Assembly: GCA_011109175.1 (NCBI GenBank)
Contig: RDEW01000010.1
Span: 186,001-250,000, forward strand
From: Dicyema japonicum
Lineage: Eukaryota > Animalia > Dicyemida
Reading direction: 5' to 3'
Length of the DNA stretch: 64,000 nucleotides
Shown here: one piece after another, positions 39,008-52,679 of the stretch
Position numbering within the stretch: the stretch's first letter is position 1
Layout: each line of letters opens with the position of its first letter
Notes under the pieces: generated by a model
The model's database searches: none
What the model was told of the DNA's origin: nothing
What the model saw: only the letters and a program-made list of their open reading frames with translations
Program-made: the position numbers and the translations under genes

Positions 39008-40201
39008 ACTAAAATATCACATAATTAAGCGTGGAAGTGATTTCCCAGAGCAATTTATTATTATCAATTCAATCTTAACTCAGATGGGCATTAATTAGCA
39101 ACATCACTACCTGCAACTTGACTATTATATCAATATAATTGACTCACATAAATTTAATTTCTAAATTATTTTATGAAAATTTAAATTCAATATTTATTAT
39201 ATAATCTTATAATTAAGAAGATTGCAATATTCTGATCAATAATTCATCTTCGTTGATATGATTTATTTTCTTTTAATTGTAATCGATTGCAAAATTTGAT
39301 TGCGACTGAATATTTGATAGGTTTTGATTAGTAATTGTTTTAATCACTCATACACATGTGAACAAACAATTTAAGGCTGACCGCTGAATAAATGCTTTTT
39401 ATGACATAAAAATCGTTTGAACACGTTTTTTACAAGTTTTGTTTCTAGTGAATTAAAATTTACCTTAAAAACCACGTTTTTATTAAATATTCTGTTATAG
39501 AAATTAATTTTAGCTGTCTTCTACTATTCTACTGAATCATCTTCGTCCCTACCAGATTCGACCTTCTCCCATGAGATCACTTGATAGCCGAGGACATGCC
39601 AATGATCTTGGGGCAGTAAAATAGATTATTCATAGTTCTGTGGTACGAAACTTTGGAAAAGGCTTTTCTTAAGACATATAATGCATTGATTCCTAGAAGT
39701 GCCCCCAATATAATGACTGAAATATCTTCAATTCTTCCACATCGAGTCGACTTCTTACAGTTTTCGAATTGACAGTTAGTCATTTCCCTAAGCCATTAAT
39801 TTTTGACATTATTCTAATTACATAAAAGTCAATAAAAACCTTAGACTTTTAACACTTTTAAGCATGGACTCTGCTACTGGTTTGAATTGATCATTTATGG
39901 AAATTCATTTATTTGAAAGTATTGGACTATAACTAGATAATCAAGACTAGAAGTGCAAGCGAACCGGAAAAGAATTTCGATAAAGATTAAGTATAAAGTA
40001 AGCAACTGCTAACCATTTATTTTATTGCTTTTAGTAAGTTTTTTAGGGCAAAGGAAACATCTGACTGATGAAGCGAAAAATAATTTTTAATTTTAATATT
40101 ATTACGTGATTGATAAATTTACCAAAAGATTTGATAAATTCTGGTTAACCATTTGAAATAAAAATTCAATATCTTTAAGCGCCAAAAATATTCAGTTTTC
40201 T

Positions 40202-43200
40202 ATGGACAATTTTGACACTCACCAAATATATCAAAAATTGAGAAAAGACATCGAATGTGTGGACAAATACAAGCGACAAGCAGAGGTTGAAATTTATGAA
40301 AAAGTTTAAATCGTGTTTTAATACATAGGATCTAGCGATTGCTGCATATCAGAAGGAAATCAAAGAACTGCGAGTTCGAAACAATGAAATTAGAGTACAA
40401 AATCTATTTTATTAAGCTCTCATGTACTCATACATCCGAAGAATTAGAAATCGAAAAAAATAGAACGAACGAATTTGAAGAGAGGTAAGTAACTTTACCA
40501 CTTTAGATTGGAGACAACTCAAATACGTTATTCTGTCTTTTTAGAGGAAATGAAACAAGTAGAAGAGGCAATCCTCAGATGTGAGAATGATAATATGGAC
40601 ATTAAAAAAGAGAATTCAAAGAGAAAACTGCTGATTGACGTAAAAGCATAATAAAATTGATAGTCGCTTACTGGTGACTTTAATAATCTTTCATTTCAAT
40701 CAAATACGTTCACTGCTGATCAAAAAAAGCCGGTTGATTTTATTAATCATAGCAGTGGAGAAAAAGAAGCAGGAATATGATACAAAGCTATCCGTCGTTG
40801 CCGAAGAGGTGGTTACGTTGAAATCCCAGGTTTTGCCCGTCATATTGTAGTTAACGACGCTTAATGAGGTCTACGAACGCAGCCTTTTCAAAAATGAAGA
40901 AATGATGGATGAGCTGTGCAGTGCCAATGTCAAAATGAAATCCTACCAACACAACCTCTCTAGTTGTGATGTGATGTAATAAAGTCTGCCTTTTCCCGCT
41001 GATGGACAAAGTGAAGGAATGGACTGACTGGATGAACTGTGAGATTGAACAACAATTCAGATTGATTAGATCAGCAATCGTAATTGTTTAATCACACCCA
41101 GAATAACCTCAACAAGAAATACATTCAAATAATCAGATGTATACTGAGATTAAGCTGTGAGAGAGTGAGGCAGTTTATTCAGTCATTTTGTATTGACTTA
41201 TCTCTGTCTGAACAAATTGACGAGGTGATGAGGAGAGTGACTGAGAGTGATTTCCGTCGTCTATTGAATCACAGAGAAATAGTAAAAAAGAATAGTTGGT
41301 ATGGTTGATTTAGTAGATATACTTTCTGAGAGCTTTAATCAACTTTTAAGGGAAAATAAAGTCAGAGAACAAACCTTTGAGGAAGAAATGCAAGCCAGAC
41401 AGATAAAACTAACTTTTTGGCCGCGAACTGGAAAAAACTGAAGAAGAGATTAAACTTTGTCATCAAGAAATTGAAAACCTATCAATGCTGGTTGATATCA
41501 AAGAGAATTTATACATAAAAATCCAAGAAGATATGATATCGCTAAAAGAATGCCACAAAAGTGAAAAGGAGAACATTTTACTTGATTTCGAAACATTAAA
41601 GACTGACTTGTCCGATAAAATGAGTCAATTGGAACAAATGCAAGGAGATAATAAGAAACTCACATGCCAACTAAAGAAAAATAAAGAAACTGTCGACCGT
41701 GTAGTCAACGAGCGTGATTCCTTAAAGGAGAAACTATCTATTAGCGAAGAGACGGTTAAGAGTCAGGGGGAAGTGAATAGCATGCTTAAAGTATCGCTAG
41801 AGTCCGCTAAAACAGTACAAAATGATTTGAGCCAACAAGTTGAAAGGGCGAAGACTGATTTGGAGAGTACAACAACTTTATTAGACCAGCAAGTGATAGC
41901 AAATAGAGACACCGAGCTTAGATTAGAGTCTCTTAAAGCCGACAATATTTCAATGAACAAGGAAGTATACCGTCTCATTGAAGAGTTAGATGATTGTAAC
42001 AATAACTTGGGGGAGAAAACCATAAGTCTCGAAAAAATAAAAAATTTGCTTGTCATAAGCAACAATGAGAGGGATTTAACCTTTGAGGAGTTGAATTCAA
42101 TAAAGCTAAGGCTTAATGATACACTTGATAATTTGAAGGAAGAGAATCTCAGAAACGATAAAATTACCAAAATGAGAGAATCTGATCAAAATGACCTAAG
42201 TTCTCTTAGACAGCAATTAAAGACTACAATGAATGCGTTGGACGAGGAGAGAGCAACTTTAGAAAGATTAAAACTTGCTAACAATGAACTGACGTTTACT
42301 GCAAGTGACGAAAAGCAGGAGATGCTGAAAGTGAAGGAAAAGCTTTTATTAACGGAAACCAAGCTAATCAATGCTGAGAACGATATTACCGCCCTTGAGC
42401 ACACAGTTGGCAGATTAAAACAAGAGAGTCAATCTCAATTGGAAATTATTGCCGAAACCAATGAATCGCTTGCTCAAAAGTGCTTAGAATTGAAGGAATA
42501 CAAGAATAAGGCGATCCAAGCTGGTAAAAATAACCAAGATCTCGTCAATTTAATTGAGACTGAAAAAATGAGGGGAAATTCCTTAGAAAGTGAAATGAAA
42601 CAACTTATTGAAAGTAAGGACTCAGAATTGGGAAGAATGAGGGATTTGATGGAGAACCAGCAATCTATCATGAATGAATTGGAAACTAATGCATCAAATG
42701 AGTGTGTTTCTTTGAAAAATGAGTTGAGAATTGCCAACAATCGACTCATTTTGTTAGAGAAGGACAGTGATCGGCAAAATGATGAACTTTTGTCATTGAA
42801 AATGGAAAAATTGGAGCAAATCAATAAAGCCCAAGCTAATCTTAAACGTGCTGAAGATGAACTTGCAATTAAAGGATCTCAGTTACAAAAAAAAGAGAGT
42901 GAAAATATTGAGTTAAGGATAAACATAAATAATCTCAATAAGCAAGTGGAGGACTTGACTAATAAAGCAAAGGAACATGGACTATCCACCAACAATCTTT
43001 TAAAGGACAAAGAAAGGCTTAAGAAGGACTCTAATGAACAAATTAAGTGCATGCAGAGAGACTTGGATAAGCTGAGATGTGAGTTAGATGAGAAAATATT
43101 GAAGAGTAACGAGATTGAGAAGGACAAATCTGAGATGGCCGCCAAAATCATAAAAAGCGAAGAAGTCAATAAACTACTGTCAAAGGATTTGGAAAATATG

Positions 43201-43927
43201 AAGGTCCTCTCACAAACGGGGGTGAGCCAACAAAAAGCAATGGAGACAATGTGTGCAAAAATTGAGGCAGAGTTGAAGAGATGTAGGGAGGAGTTGATCA
43301 TAAAGGACGCTCAAATTGATAGAATAAAGCAAGAATCTATCAGTATGGAGAGAATAACGGAGGATTTGTCAGCGACGATGAAACTTTTGGACCAAGAAAG
43401 GAAGGAGAAAACGGAAAATTCAATAAAACTGATTAAAAAGCAGGAAGAATATGACGGACTGGTTGAGAAGAACAGGGAGATTGCTCTAGAAGTTAACAAT
43501 TTAAAGAATCACAATGTAAAGTGGGTTTATATGGCAGATCAAAGAGACCGCCGATCTTAACAATCGAATATCGCAGAAAGACAATGAATTACAGCGAAAA
43601 GATAAAGTTATCGAAACGATGAAAAAACAAGTCGAGTTGTACAAGCAGGACATAAATAACTTGAAACCAGTTTGTTTCGCTATAAAATTCAGTTGGGCAC
43701 TAGCACACCTATTAGTAAAGTTGGCTCGACTGTGTCCCACCAATCTAACAGAAGAAAGAACCCTGTTTCTACGCAAAGCAAGATCATTTAAGAAGACAAA
43801 GAGTCAAGACAGAGATATATTCTCATTATATGTTGGATGGTGTTTTATATTGAAGGACGAGGATGACGAAGATGAATTAGAATTTCTGAATTTGCAACCG
43901 GCAAGCAATTTACAAAATAAAGTATAA
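40202..43927 (+). CDS. Large coiled-coil protein, family not recognised
   Basis: 691-aa ORF rich in E/K/L heptads, joined to upstream and downstream short-intron exons (e.g. 22-nt intron at ~43516); C-terminal exon structure uncertain. Confidence 0.75.
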
Positions 43928-44160
43928 TAATCGCTATATTTAGAAAACTAATAAGCAGGTCATAAAGAAAAATACGTTTAAACTGAGACCAAAGGAAAAA
44001 TATTTTTTTTAATAATCTAGTTTAGTTTTTGTTTGGGTTTACATTTTAAATGAAACACGCACTATATTTTTTTATTTGACTTGTTGATAAAAACAAGTGT
44101 AAGCCACGTGACTACTCCATTGAAGATTTCAAATCCTCTTTTCTCCCTTTATAGTAAGGT

Positions 44161-44222
44161 GGCGTTATGTGATCCACCTGTCTCAGGTGGCGTCCAGTGC
44201 CAGGATGGAACGAAAGAGGATC
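44161..44222 (+). repeat. Copy of RTE-5'-associated pseudoknot motif
   Basis: GGCGTT ATGT GATCC ACC TGTCTCA GGT GGCGTC CAG TGCC AGGAT GGAA CGAAAGA GGATC. Confidence 0.6.
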
Positions 44223-44559
44223 ATTTGATGTCCCCAACTCCAAAGAATGGACATCTACCTTTCATGCTGGTTCTGTATGATAATAATCATAATATTACTA
44301 AGCGTTGTTTGTTGATATTTTTCTGTTAACCGCTGGTTTGTGTTACTTTAAGAAAATAGTGAAAAAGAATCGAAAAAATCAGATATGTAGACAAAAAATA
44401 TTGCAGTTAATCTAACCGTAATTGAGAGGGAACTTTTATCTAATTTTGAGAATGAGCATGAAATCAGTTCATTTCTTCACTAAGAAAGTGCAAGCAAGTA
44501 TAATTAAAGCAAAGAAAAACAGAAATTAAATTTTATTTTGATAAAACATGAGTTTTTTA

Positions 44560-45175
44560 TACCAGTAAAAAAGTTTAGACAAGGCGGAGGTCGAAAAACG
44601 AATGACAGTGGATACATCAATCAACCAGACGAAAATACATTTCACGAAGAAACTGAAAATCTTGGGATCACCTTCGACACACATGTCCTTTTCATCTCAT
44701 GTCGACGGCATCTCTGGAAGCTGCTAAGAAAGCTAGGGATAATCAAATCTATTTTCGGGGGCATTAAAACCCCTTTCCCAGCTTTGAAATTATTGTACAA
44801 ACAATTGTCAGCTATGCCTGTGCGTCATGGGGAATCAATCTGTCCTGGACAAACAAACAAAGAATCTCCGACATTCAGTCCTCAACAGCCACTACTGTTA
44901 GTAACCTAAAACTAGAAAAACTAATCTCCCCATCACTTAAAAACCTTATCCGACAAAATGGACAGAGATTTTCTACCCGGTACAGGTAGTATAACTCCCA
45001 ACAATACACAGCCACGACGTGTCTTATGAGAAGGGTATACATCACCCCTCTCCAATTTCTATTCCCCAAACCACCCCGCCTACAGAGAAGTTGCGCACAA
45101 TGATAGGATGAGGCCTTCGAGATCACTTAATTAATTGAGTAATTAAATTAATTATTGGTGTTCTTGGGTTAAAAA
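44560..45175 (+). mobile_element. 3' part of I-group/Jockey-like LINE
   Basis: LGITFDTH..KLGIIKSI..LKLLYKQ; 3' UTR ggtgttcttgggttaaaaaa matches gtggtcttgggttaaataaa at ~53895. Confidence 0.7.
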
Positions 45176-45189
45176 AGTAAGGAACTCTA

Positions 45190-45420
45190 AGCGATGACTA
45201 CCATTTCACTCCTATTAGGAGATAAGTATCAGACTAATGCTTGCTTCGAAGAGATGCGAGGCCCGTAAAGGACTCTGGTTGAAGCAGAGGTTCGAAATGG
45301 CGTTGATGAAAGGAACTCCTTTGTAAGGCCTCTTGTTTTCTTTTTTCAAAAAGTTTTTTGTTTATTAAAAGCACTTTTTTTAAATTTTTGTTCTTTGTTA
45401 TTAACTTTTATTTTTCAAAT
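45190..45420 (+). mobile_element. CRE-like 3' fragment
   Basis: IRLMLASKRCEARKGLWLKQRFEMALMKG; shares tatcagactaat with the 28460 copy. Confidence 0.6.
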
Positions 45421-45639
45421 AAAATCGCTATAACCGTTTACTCTATTTTCTTTTTTTAATAAAAACAATTAAATCTTCAAATAATAATAATATTCGCACT
45501 ATCCGAGGAGCCACATCAGTTATCGCTCCCCACATGCAGAACACACACTTGATTTTAAACAAAGAACAGTTATAATAGCTAATCGAGGGAGGATCAAGGA
45601 ATGCTCTTCACTTTTTGTTTTATTTTTCTTGGGTGTATG

Positions 45640-45790
45640 TCTTTTATATACGTTCCGGTTCCGCATTAAAGTTCACTGATGACTGAGTTACTCGTCAAGC
45701 CAAAGCATATTGTTAATGCTGGTACCTTCAACCGAAATGTGCAGTATCGGGAATCGAAATAGCGACCTTCAGGCCTTTTGCCCGGAAACC
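45640..45790 (-). mobile_element. tRNA-derived SINE head
   Basis: ggatggcacagcg (A-box-like)...tttcgattccc (B-box-like)...ctgcacatttc. Confidence 0.4.
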
Positions 45791-46025
45791 GTCACGCTGT
45801 GCCATCCAGCCAAAAAAATCTTCAAATTGGCTACAAAATTTTAAGGAACCAAAAATAGCACATTTTCAGGGATTCACCTTATACTAAACATCCCAATCTT
45901 CATCTTACTTCTTGTTGGAATCGCACAAGGACATGCAGTTGATCCGTAAAAAATAGGCAAGTGGAGGATCACGTTTCAGGTCACTAGTTAATTTATTCAC
46001 CCCACTCCCCTCAATTAAAGAATAC

Positions 46026-46680
46026 GGTTCTACGTAAATTCATCGCCGGTAAATTCATCGCCGGTAAATTCAAGCGACCACGTGGGTTCTTGAAAGAAGA
46101 GGTCGAAATTTTGATTTTTTATATTATCATTAAAATGTGATTTTGGAGATTAATTTGACGATATGAGTCACGTGGCCAGATCCCCAAGATAGAAGAAAAT
46201 TGAAAACTTCAATTTTCCAAATAGTGCTAAATATTAATTAACGATGTGCACCACACGTGTGTGTATTGGTTAAAGTGATAGAAAAATTATTGATTATTAC
46301 TGATTATTGATTAATAACAAATGTCAAACCTTAAGTGAATATTTATGATAATATAATTTTTAGAAAACAAGTTTATGACAATTATTAACAAAAACATTGT
46401 TAATTTCTAAAATGCTAAATTATAGGCAATGCCTTTTAATTTTCGCGATTATCGAAGTGTATTTTTCCTTTTGTGTAGGACCTTCCCCACCAGCAATATA
46501 CTGCTCAATTTTAATTTCATTTCTTGTTCTTTCTTCAAAACATCAATAAACTTCCAAATAGATTTTTTCTCGTTGTAAAAATTGTTGTTCTGTTAACACT
46601 GTCTTCACTATCAAACAGTAGAAAAGGTTCATTGGCGTAAGAGTATCTGTATTCTGGAGGTATTCTTAACTAGTCTATGT
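46026..46680 (-). mobile_element. MULE-like DNA transposon remnant with repetitive terminus
   Basis: NEPFLLFDSEDSVNRTTIF and SIWKFIDVLKKEQ resemble MULE transposase N/C-terminal motifs; 15-bp tandem gtaaattcatcgccg x2.7 at 46034-46076. Confidence 0.5.
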
Positions 46681-46977
46681 TAAGTTGACTTGATCTTTTA
46701 AATTTCTTAATTTCTAATATTTCTTTCAATTAAAGAAGCTGTGGGTAGTCGGGCAGACACCTCCAGTGACAAACCCACACCAAAGAAAACCTTATCTGAC
46801 AAAAAGTAACAACAAAAAGATCAGTCAGATAAAGCTGTGGCAGGTAATTTGAAGGCGGAGAAGAGAACAGGCCCTCTTATAGTCGTCAGAAAAGTAGGAA
46901 GGGCAAAGTAACAAAAAAGACATTTGTACCAATCTGGTTTACTTTAAATAAAGACATTAGTGTATTATATTAGTCAG

Positions 46978-48757
46978 TTAAGCTGAAACATTGAACCGCG
47001 TTGATTTACGAAGAATCTGTCCCACGTATTTGTCAGGAAGTCCGAGAGCCCTGAATTTAATAATTTTCTATAAACTTTAATTCCTCCAATTTTTCCATTT
47101 TTATTTTATTCACTCTTTCTTCGTGTCTCTTCTTTTCGTCCATAATTCTCTTCCCTTCCTTAAAGTACTCACATCTCCTGTTTATCATTTCCGTCTCCTT
47201 CTGTTTTATTTGTTGCCGGAGATCAAACGCATACTTCAGATTATTCTTCCTCCTCTCCTCACCCATTTGTCTCTCCTTTTCCACAAGCTCGGCTTGTTTT
47301 CTGATATTAGACAGATCACCTACCTGAGGGTCGTTTCAAATTGATGTCTCTCCTTTTGAGCCTCGATCGCAAGAGAACGTTCTTTCTGCCTCTTTTGGAC
47401 AGATCGAGCACGTGACAGATTCTCTTGGATTTGTTTTTGACGGAGAGCGTCAGCCAATTCCTTTTCTCTCCACCGTCGTTCGTTTTCTTCCTGCGCTCGT
47501 TTTGCCCGCAGATAATCGCGGTTCGCCTGCTCATCGATTGCCCTCTCTTGCATCCCCCGTAATCTGGACATAATTCGCCAAAAAACCTCGCCACCTCCAA
47601 TTCCTTCTCATACCTTAACTTTCTCGCCTTTTCTTGCTTTTCAGCTTCGAGTTCAGCCTTCTTCTTTTGATAGTCAATCATTTTCTGAACTTCCACTCTG
47701 TCCAACTCCTTCAGAAGTCTTCTTTTCTCCACCAGGTCCTCGTTAGCCTTGTTAAGCTCATTCTACAATAGTTCACAATTCATACAATGTGCTTCTGCCT
47801 TTCCACAGCCTTCTTATTCAAGGCATCGATTTCATCCTGAATAAGTCTCCTGTTATTTTCTTTAAGTCTCTGGTTGTCCTGATCCTTCTCCTCCAACTCA
47901 AGCAACCCAAATCAATACATAATTAGCACTTTTGTATTTGATTTTCCTTAATCTGATTGATTATTTCTGCTGCACCCAACTTTTTTCGATAATTCTTTGT
48001 TTGTCTATTTTTTCTTGTATTTTTATTCTGTTTACTCTTTCTTCCTCCATCATCTGGTCCAGTCTCTGAGACTCTTCTTTCATTTCCTTCTGTATTTGCC
48101 TCTTTTCCATTATTTGCAAATCCCTTATGGTCTGGCATTTCGCGTTCTCTATGATCTCGTTGATTTTCTAAGATCTCCTTTAATGTTTACCCTAATTTCA
48201 TCAATCTGTTCTAGTCTCTGCTTGTTCACTCTTTCCAGCAGGGAATTCATCTCCTGCTGATCCTTGTTTGAGAGACTATTCGAACTTTCGACAAGCACTC
48301 GTTCTTCGTCCAACTCTTTAAGGATTTTCCTCCTTTTATAGACTTGTTGCTATTTAGCGTAGTAGTCAAATCATACCTCTAGTGCATCCAATTCAGACTT
48401 TCTACGTTCTTCCAAGGCATCCTTCTCTTCTTTCGATAATACTTGGGCGGCAAACTTGATTCTTTCCAATTCGTTTCGGAGTACAATCACTGATTCGTCG
48501 CTCTTGGAAACTCTTGGAACACTAAACATGTCGAAAATTGTTACCAACACTAAGTTCCTGACCATATCCTTTGTTAGAACAGTCACCACATCTTTAACGG
48601 GTTCAGTTTTTAGGCGTTCCTTTCTTCTTTTAATCCGATCTGGTTCCCCGAATAGCATTTCATCCACTTGTGATTTATCCGCCACTTTCCGATATACACG
48701 ACTTCGTGATGACTGAGTAATTGTGCTTGCATTTGATCTTTCCATTGAAGCGGTCAT
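46978..48757 (-). CDS. CFAP45: Cilia- and flagella-associated protein 45 (trichoplein-domain)
   Basis: SSRSRVYRKVADKSQVDEMLFG N-terminus; E/K/R coiled coil; QANRDYLRAKRAQEENERRWREKE; C-terminal KLEELRALGLPDKY. Confidence 0.85.
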
Positions 48758-48759
48758 AT

Positions 48760-48772
48760 GTATCCTAGAGAC
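48760..48772 (-). promoter_or_regulatory. RFX X-box-like element upstream of CFAP45
   Basis: GTCTC-TAG-GATAC ending 2 nt before ATG 48757. Confidence 0.5.
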
Positions 48773-48884
48773 TATTCTTGGTTTTAAAAATTTGATTTAT
48801 TTTATTTAATCAACTTATTAGTTTTATTTTTAATATTTTAAATTTAGATTATTTTTTATTAGATTTTCCTTAAGTTAATTTTTA

Positions 48885-49330
48885 TGATGGCACAGTGGAA
48901 TAAGTTACGGAAAAAATGGTGTCCCTGGTTCGATACGATGTTTTGGGATTGATGAGTGACACCGTCATCAGTGTTTCATAACTCCGGAATTGGACTGTCT
49001 TCTGGAACTCACACACAAACAAAAAAGAACGAGTCAAATTGACCACCTTATATCTCCACAATAGCAGATTGGAAGAAAAAGGCTGAGTTACTGTTCGAGT
49101 CAATGAGGGGGAGAAATTGTATTAAAAAGTTATAGAGGTGTGTGTGAAAAAACCCAGAGAACTAGCTGAAGACCTTTTTTACTAGTTTACATGGATAGCA
49201 TCGATTAGGTCATGTTTTTGGTTAATTTTGAAGTATTTTAAGAAGTTTTAAATTAGATGATGGCGCAGTATATAAGTGCCAGACAAAATCATGGTAGTTC
49301 CTAATTCGAATCTCGTTGCTGTACATTCTC
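48885..49330 (+). mobile_element. Two tRNA-derived SINE heads in tandem
   Basis: gatggcacagtgg..ggttcgatac (48885-48935) and gatggcgcagta..aattcgaatc..gtacattc (49255-49330). Confidence 0.45.
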
Positions 49331-49449
49331 ACTGATGGCGATAATTAGGGCGGTTTTTGTCAAAAATTCATATTTTCTATAAAATTGAGTGTCAAAAAGT
49401 CAAAATTTAAATTTGTTAAATTAAGTCAAGAACGGGTTTTATTTTTACG

Positions 49450-51400
49450 GAAAACACAATTAAATCAAAATTACTAATCGCGTATAAACTCTTCTCCTCT
49501 TAAAAGAGGTGTTGTTGACCTTATACCCATCCGTTTTCTCCTCACTCAGGTTACCTGGGACGTCATTAAACTGATTTTCTAATTCAACCAGGTGATTGGT
49601 TGCTGTAACCAAATCTTTCTTCATAGTGTGTACCCCATGTTTATACTCCACCAATATGCTCTCCAACGTCTTCTTGAGTACAACGGATTGAATGTATATT
49701 CTACTTGGAACATCGGTTCCCAAGTGAGATTTATAAGCTTTCGAAACGACACCGTCCCACGTTAGAACAACAGATATGACTTTAAGCACCATAAAGTAGT
49801 CTGAGCTTTCCAATAAATCGACTTAGCAACTTTTCTACTTAAGTGTGCTTAATAATCCTTGAGAACTAACTTCAATAAGTACAATTTCATTCTTCACTCT
49901 ATCGTAGACAAAATATCAGGTTTATTGAATTGCAGCGTGTAGCCATATGATCCACCAAATTTTTCGACCTCCTACAATGATTATATAATGAATATTTATC
50001 CGTCAAAACAGATTCGTCTTGAAGAAGACAATACAAAACCTCAGATCTCGGACTATTGTTTCCAATGATCAGCCACTCAGCGGATTCAACAACATACATA
50101 TTTTCATCTTTGCAACAATTATAAAGTGTAGAGTTGAGCGACTTTCTCCTGATACTTCCATCTCGAATTTCTGTTGATAGTCCTTGATGCGCTAATGATT
50201 ACTTGGGTGGGGGCCATTTTTTACTTTAAAGCATGGAATTCTGCGATTGTTGTCATATGTGTTTTCTTAGTTTTAAGGACCCGTATGATTCCATCTTTTG
50301 AGACAAATGCTGGACTTTCTTTCCGAATAAGCAAGGAATTGGTAAAAGTCCTCTCCCAAGTTTAGCACAATTAATATTTAATCTTTCCTTGTTATCAGAC
50401 TTTAAATTTACTTTATTCTCTGTTAAAATCTATTTCAACATCAACAGACTCAAATTCCTTCGATTCAATAAGCCAATGTAGTAATTGTAAAAAGACAAGG
50501 CATGCTCGTTGATTGCTTTAAATAGATTTGCAGCATTGAGCTTAGTATGCACCAATCTCACAGTCCTCTTCACATTTTCCGCGATTGCTCTCAAAACATC
50601 ATGCTTCATGACGTTGCTGGCATGATCTTCTAAAACTCCGAGGTAGCAACAGCCTTTATGTCTATCCAAAGATGTTGCATCTTCATACATTCCAGATTAG
50701 TATCAGACTTCTCAAAACTCCTCTTGAGCCAACCACACTGAAATACTCATCAATCTCATTCATCATCCTTACCATTGTATCTTCCTTCTCAGTAAATATT
50801 TTTAGATCATCAATAAAAAGTGATTGGTTGAATGCGTCAGCAATGATGAATTACTTTGGGATATAGACAGTTTTGGAAATTTAATGTTTAAAATTTTGCT
50901 TAAAAGATCCATGACTATCACAAAAAGCTGCAGAGATACCGACTCTCTTTGCAATATACCACGACCATCCCAATGCTTTACCTATATTTTTATTGATTTT
51001 TATTCTTCAAGTTTTTATATAAAATTCTTGCGTGCGATCATTTACCATTATACCTATTGTGATACCGAGTTTTGTTTTCTTTCTGTGAAAGTTTCCTGAA
51101 TTTTCTACAAAGTAAATCTCATACACCGATAGAAAGAATTTCTGATCCCATTCAAATACTTTTAATATCTTACCGACAATTGTATTCAGCGACTGACTCG
51201 TCGATTATCCGTCAGATAATTGAAGATGTATTTTGCGATAGATCGCGATAATTTTTTATTTCTGATATCATGCACCAGATGCATAAGTATTGAAAGTTAT
51301 ATTTCCTCTAGCTTGCGTTCTATACATTCTTTACAAATGTTTTATAAAATCGGAGGATAATTTAAAGACTTTGATTTTCTAATTTCTTCAATGAAGATCG
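49450..51400 (-). mobile_element. R4/Dong-like RLE non-LTR retrotransposon, decayed
   Basis: RGILQ..LFVIVMDLLSKILN, FIDDLKIF, YLGVLED, KLNAANLFKAINEHALSFYNYYIG, VLTWDGVV. Confidence 0.75.
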
Positions 51401-52679
51401 AAAACAAAACCAATTGAAAAAAGGTGTTTTTATTTAAGAACTTTATTGTACTCATTTGCAGTCAGCATCAAATTACTAATCTGGATTTTATCAAAATGGC
51501 ATCTAAATATTTCGACTCTGCCCGGTGACGAGTGTGGATCTCGACATTCTTCAGTGTGATCGCCTCCTATGATCGGGTATTGTTTCTTATAGAGCGATAA
51601 AAAAACTCTCACCCATTTCCTACAGGGTCCTCCTACTTCTTTTTCCTCTATTCCCCCTTCTTCCAATTGGCTTAATAGTTGATTGATCGGAATGTTGAGG
51701 TAGAAGGTAGGTCTAATGACCGTGGTGTAGTTCTAATAGACTTAACCTCTCAAGATAGGTGTAACCTCATATCTCCTTTCGTAATGGATTCAGGGGACAT
51801 TATACCCGGCTTATCATCTGGACTCAAATTGGGAAACTTTTATAGATTTCATTGAAGGAATAAGGGAATGTAATTAAAAAATTATTTCATTTTATAGCAG
51901 CGTTTTTCAATTTTTTATGCGGACACGAAATAAAAAATAGTTTTATGGGACTTTTCCCCAAAGTCAGTGGAACACATTTTCTCCAAGCATCACGTCCATC
52001 CATACGTGCCATTATGGGAGCCTCCAGTGGAGTAGGGAAGAGAGATGTTCTTTTTTAACGGCTTGGTACTGAGGGTCTCCTGAGATGTTAGGGGATTAAT
52101 GGGGGGTTCGAGAGGATTTTATAAAAAATTAAAAAAAATTTAATCTTTATGTATTTTAATTTAAAACGAAAATTAATGATCCAAAAATAATCAAATAATT
52201 ATTATTGACATACAATTGATATTAACTGCCACCCCAAACATACAGCTTCTGACAGATAGACACATTTCTGGGGATTCCGTAACACTATCCAAGCTCACAA
52301 GACGAAAGAGAACAAGGGCGTTCATCCATCATGAAGCTAAGAAGACATTTTTAAAGATACGTAACAGCCTCAATCTTCCGATCAATTAACTTGGCTAATC
52401 TGTCACTGGAACAAGAATAATCAAGTATGAACTAAAATAATAAAAGCATTTATTCTTACAGCACATTTGATGATCAAAAAACTTATTGAAAATGGACAAT
52501 TCGCATAAAAATAAAGTCAGATTAAAAAAGTAAATTTGAGACTTTTCTAAATATCAATCCAAACAGAACGAGACAAGTCTACTATAATCACAACAATTAG
52601 GCCATAAATTGTTAACATTTTTAAATTTATTGACTTATTTCATAAAAAGTATTCGATTAACCAGAATGTGATACCATTA

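Noticed and set aside
39540-39870. Small membrane-protein gene (68-aa ORF)
   Set aside because: Competing frames and splice options, with no family match; not supportable without RNA data.
40065-40078. CTGATGA-AGC-GAAA hammerhead core
   Set aside because: There is no room for stem II and stems I/III are not supported.
41763-43499. Several long minus-strand ORFs rich in S/L/F
   Set aside because: They are antisense shadows of the E/K-rich coiled-coil exon.
45250-45345. Neat three-way junction followed by a U-tract, resembling a Pol III ncRNA
   Set aside because: The same bases encode EARKGLWLKQRFEMALMKG, another CRE 3' fragment.
45490-45535. Minus-strand GGGGAGC/GCTCCTC stem followed by GG and CGAAT, HDV-like
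   Set aside because: Only 13 nt lie between the P1 strands, too few for P2, P3 and L3.
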